DNA of 64,000 nucleotides from an uncultured Clostridia bacterium (GCA_944381145.1 CALWJZ010000001.1:65125-129124); one strand, 5' to 3'; positions 32,101 through 35,006 are shown, numbered from the stretch's first letter. Made by a program: numbers and translations. Notes: a model not told the origin generated them from the sequence alone.

Positions 32101-35006
32101 ATGGTACTATAAGAAATTCTATTAATAATTCCGAAATTGTATACAATTTTGATGAATCATCAATTTCTAGAGAATTATATTACATTTCTGGTATTGCTGG
32201 ATTTAATAATGAAAATGCTTCGATTATTAATACTATAAATAATGGTAATGTATCTTATATTATTAACGGTCTAGTTAATAATACAACAAAAAATTTGCAA
32301 GGTATTTCTTTCAATGCTGAATCAAGTTTGATGTATAATGTAATAAATAATGGTAATATAACAGGAATTTCAAATACTTCAGGTATTACATGTGATAATT
32401 TGGGAACGTTAATTAATGCTTATAATACTGGTATAATTTCTGGTGGAACTACAAGTGGAATATCTGAAAATTTACTTGCTAATTCAATAACTAGAAATGT
32501 ATTCAATATTGGAACTGCTGATAGAATGACATATTCTCATATTGAAGAGTCTGCAATTATTGAAAATGCTTATTATTTATCAGATATAGGCTCAGGTAAT
32601 GGTTTTGGTCTAAATTCTGATCAATTCAAAGATCAAAATCAATTTGTAGAATTTGATTTTGATAGCGATTGGTATATGGGAGATAGTTATCCAAAACTAA
32701 GATTTGAAAATACTACTGGTTACTTTACGCTTGGAATCAATGATTATAGTAGTAATATAACTTCCAAAGATACAGGACTTTGGATTGAAAGTAGTAGTTT
32801 AAATACTATTACACTTGAGAGTTTATATAATAATGCATTAGATGTTTATGTAATTGATAGTTCAGATAAATTAGCATGGTTAAGTAGAATTACTTCTTTT
32901 GAAAATTCAGAAATTAGTGGAAAAACTTTTGTAATCGCTAGTGAAAATCCTATTGATATGTCAGGTAAGTATTTTACTCCAATTAATAGTGCATATAGCG
33001 ACGTTAATAATATTAACATTATAGGAATTGGTAAAAATAGTAGCGATATAGTTTCAAGTGACTTACTTGAAGAATCTGATGTTGAGAATGTTACAATTAC
33101 AAATCTAACAATCAGTTCAGAAAATCAATGGTACTGCACAGAAAAATTACAATCATCATTTATTGCTATGTCAACTAATTCATTAATCAAAGGTATTAAT
33201 ATTGAAAAAACCTTAATTAATGCTTACAATGATAGTAGTTCAATTGTAGGAATAGCAAATAATTCTAAAATTATTAATTGTAATTATATAAGCGGAAATA
33301 TTGCTTCTTATGGAATAGCAAATGAGACTCAAAATGATATCATTTCTTCTGGTATAGTAAATACTTTGAATAATTCTAAGTTATATGGTAGCTCAGTAAC
33401 TGGATACAATTCTGAAGGTATTTTGCATGATACGTTTGAATTTGGCACAGATTTAGGTGGAAGTTTAACTGCATTAAATAATTATGTTAGTACTAGTGGA
33501 TTATTTGGCAGATTAAATTCCGGAGAAAATTCAATAGTACACGAAAATTATTTCAACGGAATTATGTATAGCTTTGACTTTATCCAAAAAGTTTCTGGCT
33601 TAGGAAATAATTTAATTTCAATTGTTCAAAATAACTATGTCAAAGGTCAATTTAATTTATATCAATCAGATACAGAAGTATCTGGACTTGTGAATAGTAT
33701 TGATGTTAATGGACAATTAGATTATAATTATTCAGCAAGTGAATTTGTGGCAAAGCGTAATACAATTTCTAGCATTGTAAATAGTATAAATGCTGGATTT
33801 AATGGAAGCATTAATAAAAATTACTATTTGGTTGATAATTTGTCAGATCCTAAAATAGGTCAAACAATAACATCAAAAGTTAATAATTCTAATTCATATG
33901 TGATTACAGATGAAAATATCAAAGTAATTTCTTCTACTGAATTACGAAATCAAGTTCATTTCAAAGCAGATAGTACTTGGAATTTTGATGATATTTGGAT
34001 ATATATCAATGATGTTAACTGGAATTATCCGGTTTTGAGGTCAATATATGGATATGATACTTCAGATATTGAAATAACCATTTATAATCCAGTTGAATAT
34101 GATAATATTTCTAATCAATTAGGGACATTAAATATTGACGGAAATGAAATTATTACTAAAGATAGTGAAAATAACATTGTTTCTATTTATGGTAATATTG
34201 AAAATTCTACAGAATTTGAATATACTACAGAACTAAAATTTACTTATTCAGTTATGACTAATGATATATCAAATGCATATGTTTCAAATACAACAACTGG
34301 TTTAATTACCAGTACATTATTTGGAAAAGTTGATAAAGCTGGATCAGAAGTAGATGGTAATATTCTTCTAGAAGATGAGACTTATTATACTGAATATGCT
34401 GATTCTTGTGACAATGCAGATATAATTATTACTGAGACAATAACAGAATTGAATTATGGATTAATCATAACATTTAATGTTCGAGAATTTAATGTAACAG
34501 TAAATGCAACACTTACTGCAGATGAAGGAACCGATGGTGTTCAAGATACTGATTTTGTAACAATTTTGTTAGTACATAAGGACAAAAACGGTGTTGTTGA
34601 TTATTCATATTCTGTTAATTTGAGAAATGGTCAATCTTATACTTTTGCAAACATATTTAATGGTAATTATGATGTCGAAAGCAATGTAAGTGACTTTACA
34701 GTTACTACAGATGAGTATGGTAGTTATGAAATTTACATATTTTATCCAATATTCTATTTAAATGATACTGATAATACAAATATCACAATGGCAAAAAATG
34801 TTTCATATAATCCAACACTTATAGAGGAATATAAAATGCCAGAGTATAATACTTATGACAATATTTCATCAATAAATAATGTTAACTGTGAAGAAAATTC
34901 ATTAGGGTCATTTAAATTAGATACTATTACAAGAGATGTTGAATTTAATATAACTATCAACAAACCGTTGGAATATTGGCTTCATTCAACTGCTTCAAAT
35001 ATGTAA
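5184..35006 (+). CDS. Giant (9,940 aa) N-terminally anchored, S/T/N/Y-rich surface protein with multiple GLUG-like beta-helix cassettes
   Basis: The frame stays open for 29,823 nt in AT-rich DNA. All other listed ORFs over the same span are 95 aa or shorter. It has a strong RBS, a basic N-terminus plus hydrophobic segment 'SILLGIVMLFTGIFSVSIAGF' (about nt 5238-5306), recurrent cassette motifs (listed below) and a strong terminator about 20 nt after the TAA. Confidence 0.9.
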   Translation: MSKRVKPNFRVKHPYSYLIKSILLGIVMLFTGIFSVSIAGFMKPDSLPEDVDAMQYDAMKITTHYEVDDNVEGIINPDNGIPYSSYPVFIDYVGSEIYDDHVSSRPPDSSSYINADVEIILPDYSFRYEEKIHIVTLYSALNRPIIQSVQNGNITWGTSTDFGYNVYYVTESGEYVKYNLDYEQNGPSYSTMFTISNEDLYNNGYVGIVISTKGLLFGTSGDTFIAIDEVASSQETKKIINVEVGRLETETPEPPPTFGPANLGSYSGNGTSGLTGRTVEGDGTPNKPFKIYSWNDFRFLQYYYKDESKCYSLQSDVTINTNSFNYYTYSHGNWTVKGALSYSSTPIDFDGIFYGNGFDINITTNSVRYSLFESVSFYSILKDFNIIVSATYSTSTYFYYSLLVDEIRGGTFENINIDLGNNFYITANSSSTTLSSSSPDTNIRDSRSGGIFARAISDVNVSRSNVKIVNCNIIGDINLLTYGGYSFGTFVGYIDTHKGVYISHSTYTGTIFINRRTSSNYQSSTIKGKYFYSATSACVGTVRSSTTHVTFTHVNINASFYFKAISNSTTYQYKTYARITIAGFVGGWTDYFDPNSASSKISYSYCMYNKDPGQSYAVGVASGYTASTILGTTKTYKRLYIYHTTPSTSYHTYNTATSSFTSYYLSYIYGTSLTTSTTQSTFNNTFNSSSNGNSNGWYYGTDKKIYKRSINVLNFSTKSGNYTTVTPVNNVYNISNAKQLNYISYLCNNNGTSFSGKTIKLTADIDMQGYNWVPLFCLSKATFDGNGYTIKNLYIDTPSVVGKMYDGWSAYRNYIGFAGYFSNSTIKNLTFENSFMYISDIPNSFEYGSSGIGSIRSIGMIVGRLNSSNCYNVYTKNSGMFLSMYNGYNSISSTGVPTSNSLYNYISPCIGYSLQNSDISGIVVDNFRLGKDDAFVSSTTLSTYGFYVFGGLTGYASYTDSKEVVISDISNISGLDSVYDLANGSAIQKYITDVIINNVNVSNKTSTNTSRRIYNTYYEMSTNGYQFANRTSTLSTFLSTILKGDYADVWGVYTNQTSSSIQNLMENAVTIKLQSNPSCAHTSTKPVSVSGTCPICGSSGTTTENRCNLCNDVVSYSYNYPCGYDGNTCNANSLCPVCNVGTMEPSGTTDTDVQYWDLYCYGCNTRVEEAIEYACTNSSCSNSYLSYDCNCDSSYAWRLGKSDTWTIRNKDTNEIVGYYYHESGCTQKNPSIHTEAYGVECPNCGQNEYAPGFTYCVGCYEATGGLSIVCDSGWCYSCRTGSIETFTDYSWYIYEDSPIMSVSSHSGYTSQLLSNNSACCCASCDTSYTANYSGNNQLRAVTGSNPRVNTIYLVLYKCEPNAVFFDTKNNIDSGQTELYDNGILSKSTYRIPSTISSTYGTSNFIPSNNNYQEMYNTGSFACFPGESLYLVNNTGSTSLSHTIKSNSSSTTNLLELEESDYANLSTSTDPNVYNLKAYKYTVPSTYSGNFRSSNGNMLIEVNEGLKEAYFVVTFDAYSINEMDIVPTISKTGNGTLTKVGTYNLGNNTYDGSHISWLYKISGMDKNTQITITFGRPITNSTYYITPGSYSSLNYVRSYEKIYYRDSNEGTKSELTPTLSGNSKTFTFKPYQNSNYTYCSNFSSDTNLSSIAEQVPEIIMSYTDYNSSTDKWLTRVTINTSSYYAYSSNYTAESTITPKFRYYYNSSTYSSATSDLFCYLGNNGTSSTYFKILQSDNYKVGNYIYQAKLRYSTSSGTTIYSSTTASSNSNINTTKNDLTLDCSEYTSSTGGSNRTNRRYISINNISGVDNKYERVLYNFNITKPSNTSAKVYFNGTQVTGTTATGYYKYNTISIDFPGTDERIKNSYFAEVNYTYSTTSQSTTSSTNYYLAYDNSGLINQATGSSKGSAPTSNDFSMRWNNIPIIHSNKGIYSSANESWTPTIKVNLYRFTWDQIARATKDKYDDTNGAANIANALEWGRFLITQSSSSVSTYVLTNDIDFSPTNASFTSGGTTYHYDNEYIMNPSKSYTFSKVLDGQNHKFINIVALYGNTLEFGNALDSSYNGQSSILFNTYNSNTISDLYIYNPTIYYNLEASESVGMIFGRISTGANIHNFGIYTDSNHPIIVRGGSKFSFITLYHSGNSTLYNISMDICADFGVNENSTKNLVVSAIDTINNGPCYLKNSYFIMNSINSGKVQNISSTYKSTYSTININQSNNKIENVYVVSTNSNNNVTSYKKTINTNSGTVSNLYYLSNSADGGFGINLTETQFQTQNSFVGFPFGSVWVFDKSSTNLNSYVDSYNQFNRGYPLLVTSGMTLATIENFEFYLNGQKVTATTPTGNKVYISEDTNSNTITMMYNGDTNSSGDEPTWTLPNTIASISRQSISITLDKYINSRVYLQRVDYYNGSTTQTILAGQYGSFGSSSSQSTQSFTPRVNSNNTIRVYFTTPTINFRTNSALNISNAFTTNLTSSVFYTGYSNYYFLTDPLEFNITENREAIKISKIKFNTTTLQPFSTTSGNYITKSSSNYTFNSDKSVSISNFTSNLNIEITEVYVKVLTSSDSTNIPITIHTPGNSNVYNHSNNLYYLPYTSNNYSYEIKVTDRDNTNKIGSLKICNTTYYSSTTSYGSNVLQDGTNTQNSYLTIKYDTTNSKNSMYFNNQLASNTIPQKNLLKFAYDNSGLSNGSVLISQSKIQSTYNIVVRLGTIGNAPDIYNDIKLSYNNTYSSFNSSTNSTYNTSYQATATNLPINTNISLNLGFYNGSSVTKLSKASVDNNNYAPYLIDGKYYRMYWTTGVRNSSSSYITNSYTYTQSTTNTHYVNVYLVEMLTTKFLLYDAGIYNAPMYSSLYSVHGARASHTINIGYNTSASSSGSNTINQLSSLQNNNYVYYTDYNANASYQLTFDNSFEVGSQTYNLSELFQISYVKFNNVTQSLSNNSVSKNITSNSTFSPYIQLKTTQVGVYIVNPALQFSNSDANYLSNLIPWISFYTCSSGDSTHNRVNLSTYPNAQSGSQFQRLATWSGSSLNANANIYVTGTSNKVATISIKPTGTENNAFANLTDNYVYVVTTIYGNYFEITRGDKDTTTNESYDKNILVSLTSTNLGIKTQTKGTIDGRNQIISIHGHTLVKETSEDNNYSTIAFTYAPFVTLNFSSETINHSVQASNSIKTAVSNISVSAVMDNNPNVVINPFKSNNPEWTYDLTATQTSPEVNLVVTARLTIKNGYFYNGIKINNIEFGPDVETPGTQGITISLNGNTLTIVVTLNKQQYNQTDNNVLSNINPIFEEIKTYGPGSDATKGTSNIELVGRGTLKIFDYYGSNKNQLLITSNTSGSNMPIQNSTLNVYYYSQLEIVLTSATNFVWQYYKVNSFEKRNTSYANGQVTINSSTSGISSNNLGTVSNASQFTIYVEYVSKIKVVSSIQNDANYLSNHDISNNGIESLVSSIEATDNNITSKSVTFTLTPDENFKVMFYEIIVFKTTNPTSLNKSTNYVSYQLISSGSKEHSISYTNMQVSNSDFDSNFKTTLNTDKTELTIDFVYTRDGKSYSESNFFGATAYIEVIPYMIETPKIITLNNTTNSAGVKFAVDTTQVRYVRGSFTGNISSPNIELFYRSTGKTTATGTTANGYTTFDFGKVEASTKMVVYNDTVNHYDTIEISTNGTDWYTVYDKFVDGESTSTLTLDFVADNHLSFTNLSNNYYLDNLVASSTTNIISGMNAYIPVVANKTYSIYSFMENYGFKVHVYDNNFQQISVSAEISAGNGIDYNVGSTGAYIGLTFIRSSSASSSSANLQELKNNFNIGFQIYTSGSADIDFYSPTEIYVGSDSNIKLESADGVGVRLVTKTDSYVNEISTSASNGTDYLRNDISEINGATNAFYVGSRKYYQFNPKYDIDINVVSSNATLNADIINSIVSDISHSSLLNSNNGKYFSKSNSLNPTANDFEFNYSNINLPIGYEFVSLSLVGQNDNTYVSSYYTESTSLSGYFDHEEKDNSETFTVKLTIKEVEYEYTFGHNCNNSSCPECLQGHLNVYTSLANSNSSSVVSTTGQPKINVAQLIVKASSNATVSDNSTIAPTSISSNIPKAVYNGGSMYSNIDQIKKTTITLGYFSYTYVEAISSNPNEIFIGKWDIIDSTENGNNNVSTYAYYNWQGNSDTKTFGMANGEYVEHYIDRNLDKLSFDSNYTVNIRHQFFSTYKIYLKAFINNYINSTSLVENASVIEHSNTISASNTEIYNIKDVNDNIIGNINVVISGDYTKGTESNIPYIRLIAGNNVTITYTDTSEYHAINQGKVTGSNLHYGSGSTVVDEIILSEDNTTIQFNNRSGTSGYDNNEINSNNWLEGYNPTSNGTITYTLSNTGSTTSYSSSNLTFETYFDTYHKIYFDRINATPSDGILATGEISITENEDSANSSNSDNSSGTTLGQNYIILYVKEGNSFKLSAEDGSNSSDGLYAKDKVYSISQLINGSFVINGIYEIDSSKFKSDSYNTYYQTIIQPTTYNTEGLYSTESIDVVSSLSQDLYYTAFYASAMQMQIEYDLLSDNINENFVVKFDNSTNEILLGTDGNYGKVSVWSNFDCTVSAPLHTDGYIIVGSNGNFVSTPNLYFKYDGSGENVYNSTYAFSKMQYYTGTNISGNCEFVDLVSTETSANSKIYLSDSVSYDTKFKDNVNSNHTNHSAIKILLSKQYDVNIIYRIRTSVDDNYANINIRNNAYVYLGTNTLPTASNYSNSFNNYNNDENSYSYFTRRFTYNTDILLSAYVPTNNVYLPDTGGITGNFRIVRISRELQFDLGETINHDGFANATLNFTVTSDTAGIYYIDIVQVLKLDTYAPEREYISLTGYNNRGSHIGATIEFENADGKQIYDGFTIYSHNDSTSTLTGKYVDKYDTVTIKPIFEEGFEANIVENSQFGFQNIENLSSNGDGSYNFVAIINHVNSESSSNAIKLFTIEKKVYYDMYYGICDKDGNLYTSSSLPEGITLSSLFAQGAKTIVTNDNIISNSNPTTYITGYILSDTPVEGYNNITTVNRYIGYFGNIEFTVETNVVTGGYQFRKFVIDGQNELYDPAITHNITGFNHNGLTNKGANNYTGVIELVDNTAVVNTDTIALSAYFVYTYAITIDVRSSDAQDIDLGGSDFNTLFGTNEFLKNGLIYNKQYIVEYGDSITQSISALIKPRFSSNGNYIKGYMYYTLAKNSNSNITTNRSGDTLNITIGNVISSESISIIYHPILCISLNPVISGKGTITTEFSNTSFDVNSYTNWNNNNSNIGVSYTSTSRMYSNGNTKSTQNIEPVQTPAIFEKTYQDSTTTYVYVVYGGSGASGLKYTTTATPYIENADNIESSERYIPHELYSNGITKHYQIEVSTGVFVDYEELADGVNNNTLVDSSLRENYYSNNLLEITDENNQNILPVVNSFEIGGSFVREYTIEINTHLSDYNTHPSSNIYIVVNGVEYLIETSNEEGDYYYKNVHALNDLNDSSSNENEITNIIVEWDDDKYEFIYDQVDLINNNSTVSSYQTLGASNTIRNSDENIVAYANALPIGTELFNDKYSRTFNFVEKRNVTLTVNPEYLNADLQPNIKIEQLISDPNGVNVEGGSNKFKPDSLTDGNYVGTNISVDNIETHNNSISATVQASNYEITLYAEDISQASSYKFNGFIINGVLNDNVTVDGIYYKLNVAIPSDNLGTTYNIVADYTLDTTNKDIINIKGNGYFEFGYSTANTASEAVQNYTKFNDTKYADVINEITKDVVALENNNVNYLVIKAYPDNYSKLDSVSAMYPDATDLDFSLGFDTDNATFVDYLYDQNNNLFVYSVKDYGPSYDYMQVNTEITLVFTSDTWREHTEEITTSTITKNSISKTGYHVTTPQQLAYLASNSTILESSNTIIYIDANLDLSSYLWLPIENFAGQIISEKYSITGINVVGQQNIVLESNIPGTVVFTNVYTTNKGYSSNPTKQYYVYTQDSSMGLFGSTNGATIEGLNIGNFNGTYYNSKNVYNGSIIGNATNTTILDVNLTSNINYTSISSTVTSSNYYYSLFVGATNGYNVIKNCISTANYSSSVSGANINVSFIIGNSNCSSAVISTDNGMQTGDYISNVSLTSNSSNIRNAKNLAGIISNQTAISNIYADNIYINLSGDNSASTNVICNNINNSNIFKYDTIYSNNFYSSSESGDLFSIDRVSNYDNNRWNNSNQNNRNLRISSTLYESSLNVNAHVSGTESNPTIIPISSKDQLISNLNAINSDLSYVELRLTNNIDFGGDVWKTIDLPNGYTFNGAGYTISNIVLNEYNNLIDSKSLFGINNGIIKNLYLQDIYMLVGAMATYNPSNYAIIANENNGEIFSISVRGTIDVNINNSENNVVYIGGLIGTNNSNDLYEIELIGEINVGSFSLNTTSLKFVGGLVGYMNNGSLNKAHSSVVINTYGNSNVINTASKFGGLVGKHTSLIIKDSYFGNYENSEYLAGINEYEKTNNSMAYVISGEGTNLDVQSFYSSANFYIKSANGLSSGNINSNYAYMLNTTYSSLPSNITSITDENLKNQNSLVGFDFENIWYYDSSDYLYPKLIGNKNTHDLKVTLTVEGIDHVDSENIINVGTITNSKNYEQIIYGTKYENNHTNNSIDYYVQALHDDTISSGYTIDINANENYHIVAVILDGITIRSSNFRNVPVTSYEDLDLFEIINSGAFSNIEKTYANTNEHTLRIVFSKNFYYYGTGINGSTSNSSINEFGQITYTNEYGQTVVTSTSVNDKNNRLSDNTNYYNNRTSDTNTWTLSSSTQNFYYKNTSGQSAPNSANSTVTFTFNAKSVVGDINSYIGVRLIGWVYIPYGSLMTFDQAKTSSIIKYNDNGTVISIEANGEASSVIQYIDALSNTNLTSITLNNGKTTTRYISSSSITITSDALSEGYYYPYVEYVYTSSVVNTLHYHTHNENCYNDDGELTCNDDLTHSFDYGGSCTECINGYISINGFVYHVINNKVTYNDTDYLVSNNQVNIDGTIYNVYNNIQISYGSDFNTKEKTITPGDFVSDGKSIIIEIDEEREGSRIGVIARRFYDENTNSINIHYYVVENNLIVDAYYISEGNKISFNNEFINDLNGLYFLVNSEVENNEYVINLYFELNEKTAGEYAFYMVEKLYDVTLDITDVYKTSETSIVLFRNSDYTLSSTVVSIKNNNGIIQYMLGNSGTYVNLDETGVSNKVNVLGLSLKVDISINNELVHIVSQMPNNYYPRIVSTPIEKYRLTDESDSIKVTNILVGDDLDNKDYSGVKYTTYQDISTDGIRTKGYLSYDLNFNTTTYKSSMTYYYDYGILGPNDEKMVITLNMKKDNYSYFDQLNVTTKIPSYYSKYLSGSSSESMYYNNSKPLNYTDSELLTLLSNFQFATTDSNITSGEDGLTRSTAFTINNPYKLAWLSHILNNDINATYQVNGIDYYFKNAYYKISSNLDMSNKFWLPIPEFSGVMFSNNTATDIGSINNLFIELLSENVEDNVSFNVENKSDSNYVGFISKGVNAQFIGLNFENAYVNTDISVYTGILNGLSNNCYFDRINIANTEITQIDTSNTTDNLISLGAISGKANYMFVVNQSEIVHVKFNANHNNVSATIGFSDYFGEIYNTYSYVERGNELIISNPTLRFINSLNAIIKNCVHHVYSGVNDNDKLFNNNDISTYKDMNYIIVDNSATTQDSTAISKNSVIESNLSNLDFDRIWQINDSNTENIGYVSLKKSVFDMRTSSISLATESATDVGSKYNPYLIQSVDDFILFVNNMNSNSNNNISSYYKLTTDINLTGKYIYPIEIFNANLDGDNHIISNFYIYSDQGIELNGTTHYDTSLILTNNGNLSNLFIKDFYIVGSNAVNESTTAGFVARNNGIIENISFVGDIISNATYTSGVLGYNLSTNESMFGTINTVISDGIILGTYYTAGVVGFSDTYSKNDILANYSTILGYKNSAGVIANAQTTGVISNMYNVGKLMFGDDGSGTQSLSGVINSNSNNSLLVSNIYNSGIIEVKKDNSGSNTYVAPLIVNMGTGSVTLNNAVYLIPAITSTGDIDYTVDSGIIANSSTINSVSGKNNSEIINISNTFSTDLWNFVQIWSVYSDVNNGLPVFKHFNDYIVKLPFDSNYQYISSDNLPDKYFTYQKPEISKYVVIRDTISGEDYVIDIDTSGLIITENGISNNFITINDVYINDDGTIYIYKGATVTLRVTSVIYRHITSISLNHKNSEITSITENYTRTSDVHNSDGQKLGVKFDMSPNANIFDIYDRNRFDYFITITEAIDTYDISAETSEVTNDSAVSLIENIRISESLDNNEISGENPTLTNIQHGSIVKIELTLNQNILSAENTNIRIDNWLLEVDNTLDDGSGYNYLTEDKTIVNSIASSPDNYSLNQNYNVANYESYNTDGSKTTYEYDVENGKFNIQFVATAETSGNYIISLVKQWLVQIKFSINIDIGTDYPIVFVNGHEVNSTLENNSAYIFNQNILSNGMTQSYNTEYYNYNGLNAVPTTSTLDTGIYSLLSTLEQDFEYNIGENLKTLDYVNNSFIVKIFVDNGASINFNTYSKEVYTFTGFTTSNSPVPTENVSMNTIDVGGEILDLHTFRVDNLQNSYHGTNMVVANYIPSKHYVNTIVDNGKDIDRLQPNGTVSAYAEVPADPYETITGTNITSEVRHARNLTITLTPDIRYTLDKCCVRYYVYKDVEDTDGNITRMYYNEESDTWTDDKSTINENYLPMVKHYVSGSLAENRTTLDIVESPYDVLSNDIETGDINYNYVINITNLVGNIEIHITYIRDYWNDTPTSTSLSGSGTYNDPYQITKASDWGYLVNTSNASNNYYKNTYFAVMNDIDFNSRFTPSLNEFNGYIYGNGFVFKNVLLDGYLQLGNNFRHVRDISDTDTNYVRGIGNDSYFGLINNLQINGNISDITFDNLQILGSISNSLDSEYSAIIGLIAKNEGTITNIIINNNSKIEVLSNDELNSTSNKFVSNLGAISGTNNGTIRNSINNSEIVYNFDESSISRELYYISGIAGFNNENASIINTINNGNVSYIINGLVNNTTKNLQGISFNAESSLMYNVINNGNITGISNTSGITCDNLGTLINAYNTGIISGGTTSGISENLLANSITRNVFNIGTADRMTYSHIEESAIIENAYYLSDIGSGNGFGLNSDQFKDQNQFVEFDFDSDWYMGDSYPKLRFENTTGYFTLGINDYSSNITSKDTGLWIESSSLNTITLESLYNNALDVYVIDSSDKLAWLSRITSFENSEISGKTFVIASENPIDMSGKYFTPINSAYSDVNNINIIGIGKNSSDIVSSDLLEESDVENVTITNLTISSENQWYCTEKLQSSFIAMSTNSLIKGINIEKTLINAYNDSSSIVGIANNSKIINCNYISGNIASYGIANETQNDIISSGIVNTLNNSKLYGSSVTGYNSEGILHDTFEFGTDLGGSLTALNNYVSTSGLFGRLNSGENSIVHENYFNGIMYSFDFIQKVSGLGNNLISIVQNNYVKGQFNLYQSDTEVSGLVNSIDVNGQLDYNYSASEFVAKRNTISSIVNSINAGFNGSINKNYYLVDNLSDPKIGQTITSKVNNSNSYVITDENIKVISSTELRNQVHFKADSTWNFDDIWIYINDVNWNYPVLRSIYGYDTSDIEITIYNPVEYDNISNQLGTLNIDGNEIITKDSENNIVSIYGNIENSTEFEYTTELKFTYSVMTNDISNAYVSNTTTGLITSTLFGKVDKAGSEVDGNILLEDETYYTEYADSCDNADIIITETITELNYGLIITFNVREFNVTVNATLTADEGTDGVQDTDFVTILLVHKDKNGVVDYSYSVNLRNGQSYTFANIFNGNYDVESNVSDFTVTTDEYGSYEIYIFYPIFYLNDTDNTNITMAKNVSYNPTLIEEYKMPEYNTYDNISSINNVNCEENSLGSFKLDTITRDVEFNITINKPLEYWLHSTASNM
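6031..7320 (+). other. Giant ORF cassette A (beta-helix-like; approximate bounds)
   Basis: N-cap-like 'GTPNKPFKIYSWNDFRFLQYY..SLQSDVTIN..FDGIFYGNGFDINI'. Rung-like 'SGGIFARAISDVNVSRSNVKIVNCNIIGDI' and 'GGYSFGTFVGY'. Confidence 0.5.
7366..8400 (+). other. Giant ORF cassette B (beta-helix-like; approximate bounds)
   Basis: N-cap 'VYNISNAKQLNYISYLCNNNGTSFSGKTIKLTADIDMQGYNWVPL..ATFDGNGYTIKNLYI'. Closing 'GDYADVWGVY'. Confidence 0.6.
8418..9158 (+). other. Giant ORF Cys-rich region with about eight CxxC motifs
   Basis: CPICG-x10-CNLCN; CPVCN-x21-CYGCN; CPNCG-x11-CVGCY; CDSGWCYSCR; CCCASCD. Cys is otherwise rare in this protein. Confidence 0.8.
11025..12125 (+). other. Giant ORF cassette C (beta-helix-like; approximate bounds)
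   Basis: N-cap 'ALEWGRFL..STYVLTNDIDFSP..KVLDGQNHKFINIVAL'. C-cap 'TETQFQTQNSFVGFPFGSVWVFD..NRGYPLLV'. Confidence 0.55.
22737..23790 (+). other. Giant ORF cassette D (beta-helix-like; approximate bounds)
   Basis: N-cap 'YHVTTPQQLAYLASNS..TIIYIDANLDLSSYLWLPIENFAGQI'. Confidence 0.55.
23811..24855 (+). other. Giant ORF cassette E (clearest GLUG-like cassette)
   Basis: N-cap 'NPTIIPISSKDQLISNLN..LRLTNNIDFGGDVWKTIDLPNGYTFNGAGYTISNIVL'. Rungs 'YIGGLIGTNN', 'FVGGLVGYMNNGSL', 'FGGLVGKH'. C-cap 'TDENLKNQNSLVGFDFENIWYYDSSDYLYPKLI'. Confidence 0.65.
27310..28310 (+). other. Giant ORF cassette F (beta-helix-like; approximate bounds)
   Basis: N-cap 'AFTINNPYKLAWLSHILNN..YYKISSNLDMSNKFWLPIPEFSGVMF'. 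C-cap 'SNLSNLDFDRIWQINDS..GYVSLK'. Confidence 0.55.
28350..29465 (+). other. Giant ORF cassette G (beta-helix-like; approximate bounds)
   Basis: N-cap 'YNPYLIQSVDDFILFVNNMNS..YYKLTTDINLTGKYIYPIEIFNANLDGDNHIISNFYI'. Rungs 'TAGFVARNNGIIENISFVGDI', 'YTAGVVGF'. C-cap 'DLWNFVQIWSVYSDVNNGLPVFKHF'. Confidence 0.6.
31527..32705 (+). other. Giant ORF cassette H (beta-helix-like; approximate bounds)
   Basis: N-cap 'YNDPYQITKASDWGYLVN..YFAVMNDIDFNSRFTPSLNEFNGYIYGNGFVFKNVLL'. C-cap 'NSDQFKDQNQFVEFDFDSDWYMGDSYPKLRF'. Confidence 0.6.
32840..34050 (+). other. Giant ORF cassette I (beta-helix-like; approximate bounds)
   Basis: N-cap 'YVIDSSDKLAWLSRITS..SGKTFVIASENPIDMSGKYFTPIN'. C-cap 'STELRNQVHFKADSTWNFDDIWIYINDVNWNYPVLRSI'. 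Confidence 0.55.

Noticed and set aside
5235-32146. Short ORFs inside or antisense to the giant gene (5235-5486, 5905-6192, 17216-17422, 22857-23051, 28184-28384, 31862-32146)
   Set aside because: All are 95 aa or shorter and have low-complexity translations. None has an RBS, and each is fully contained in the long frame. They are shadow ORFs expected by chance.
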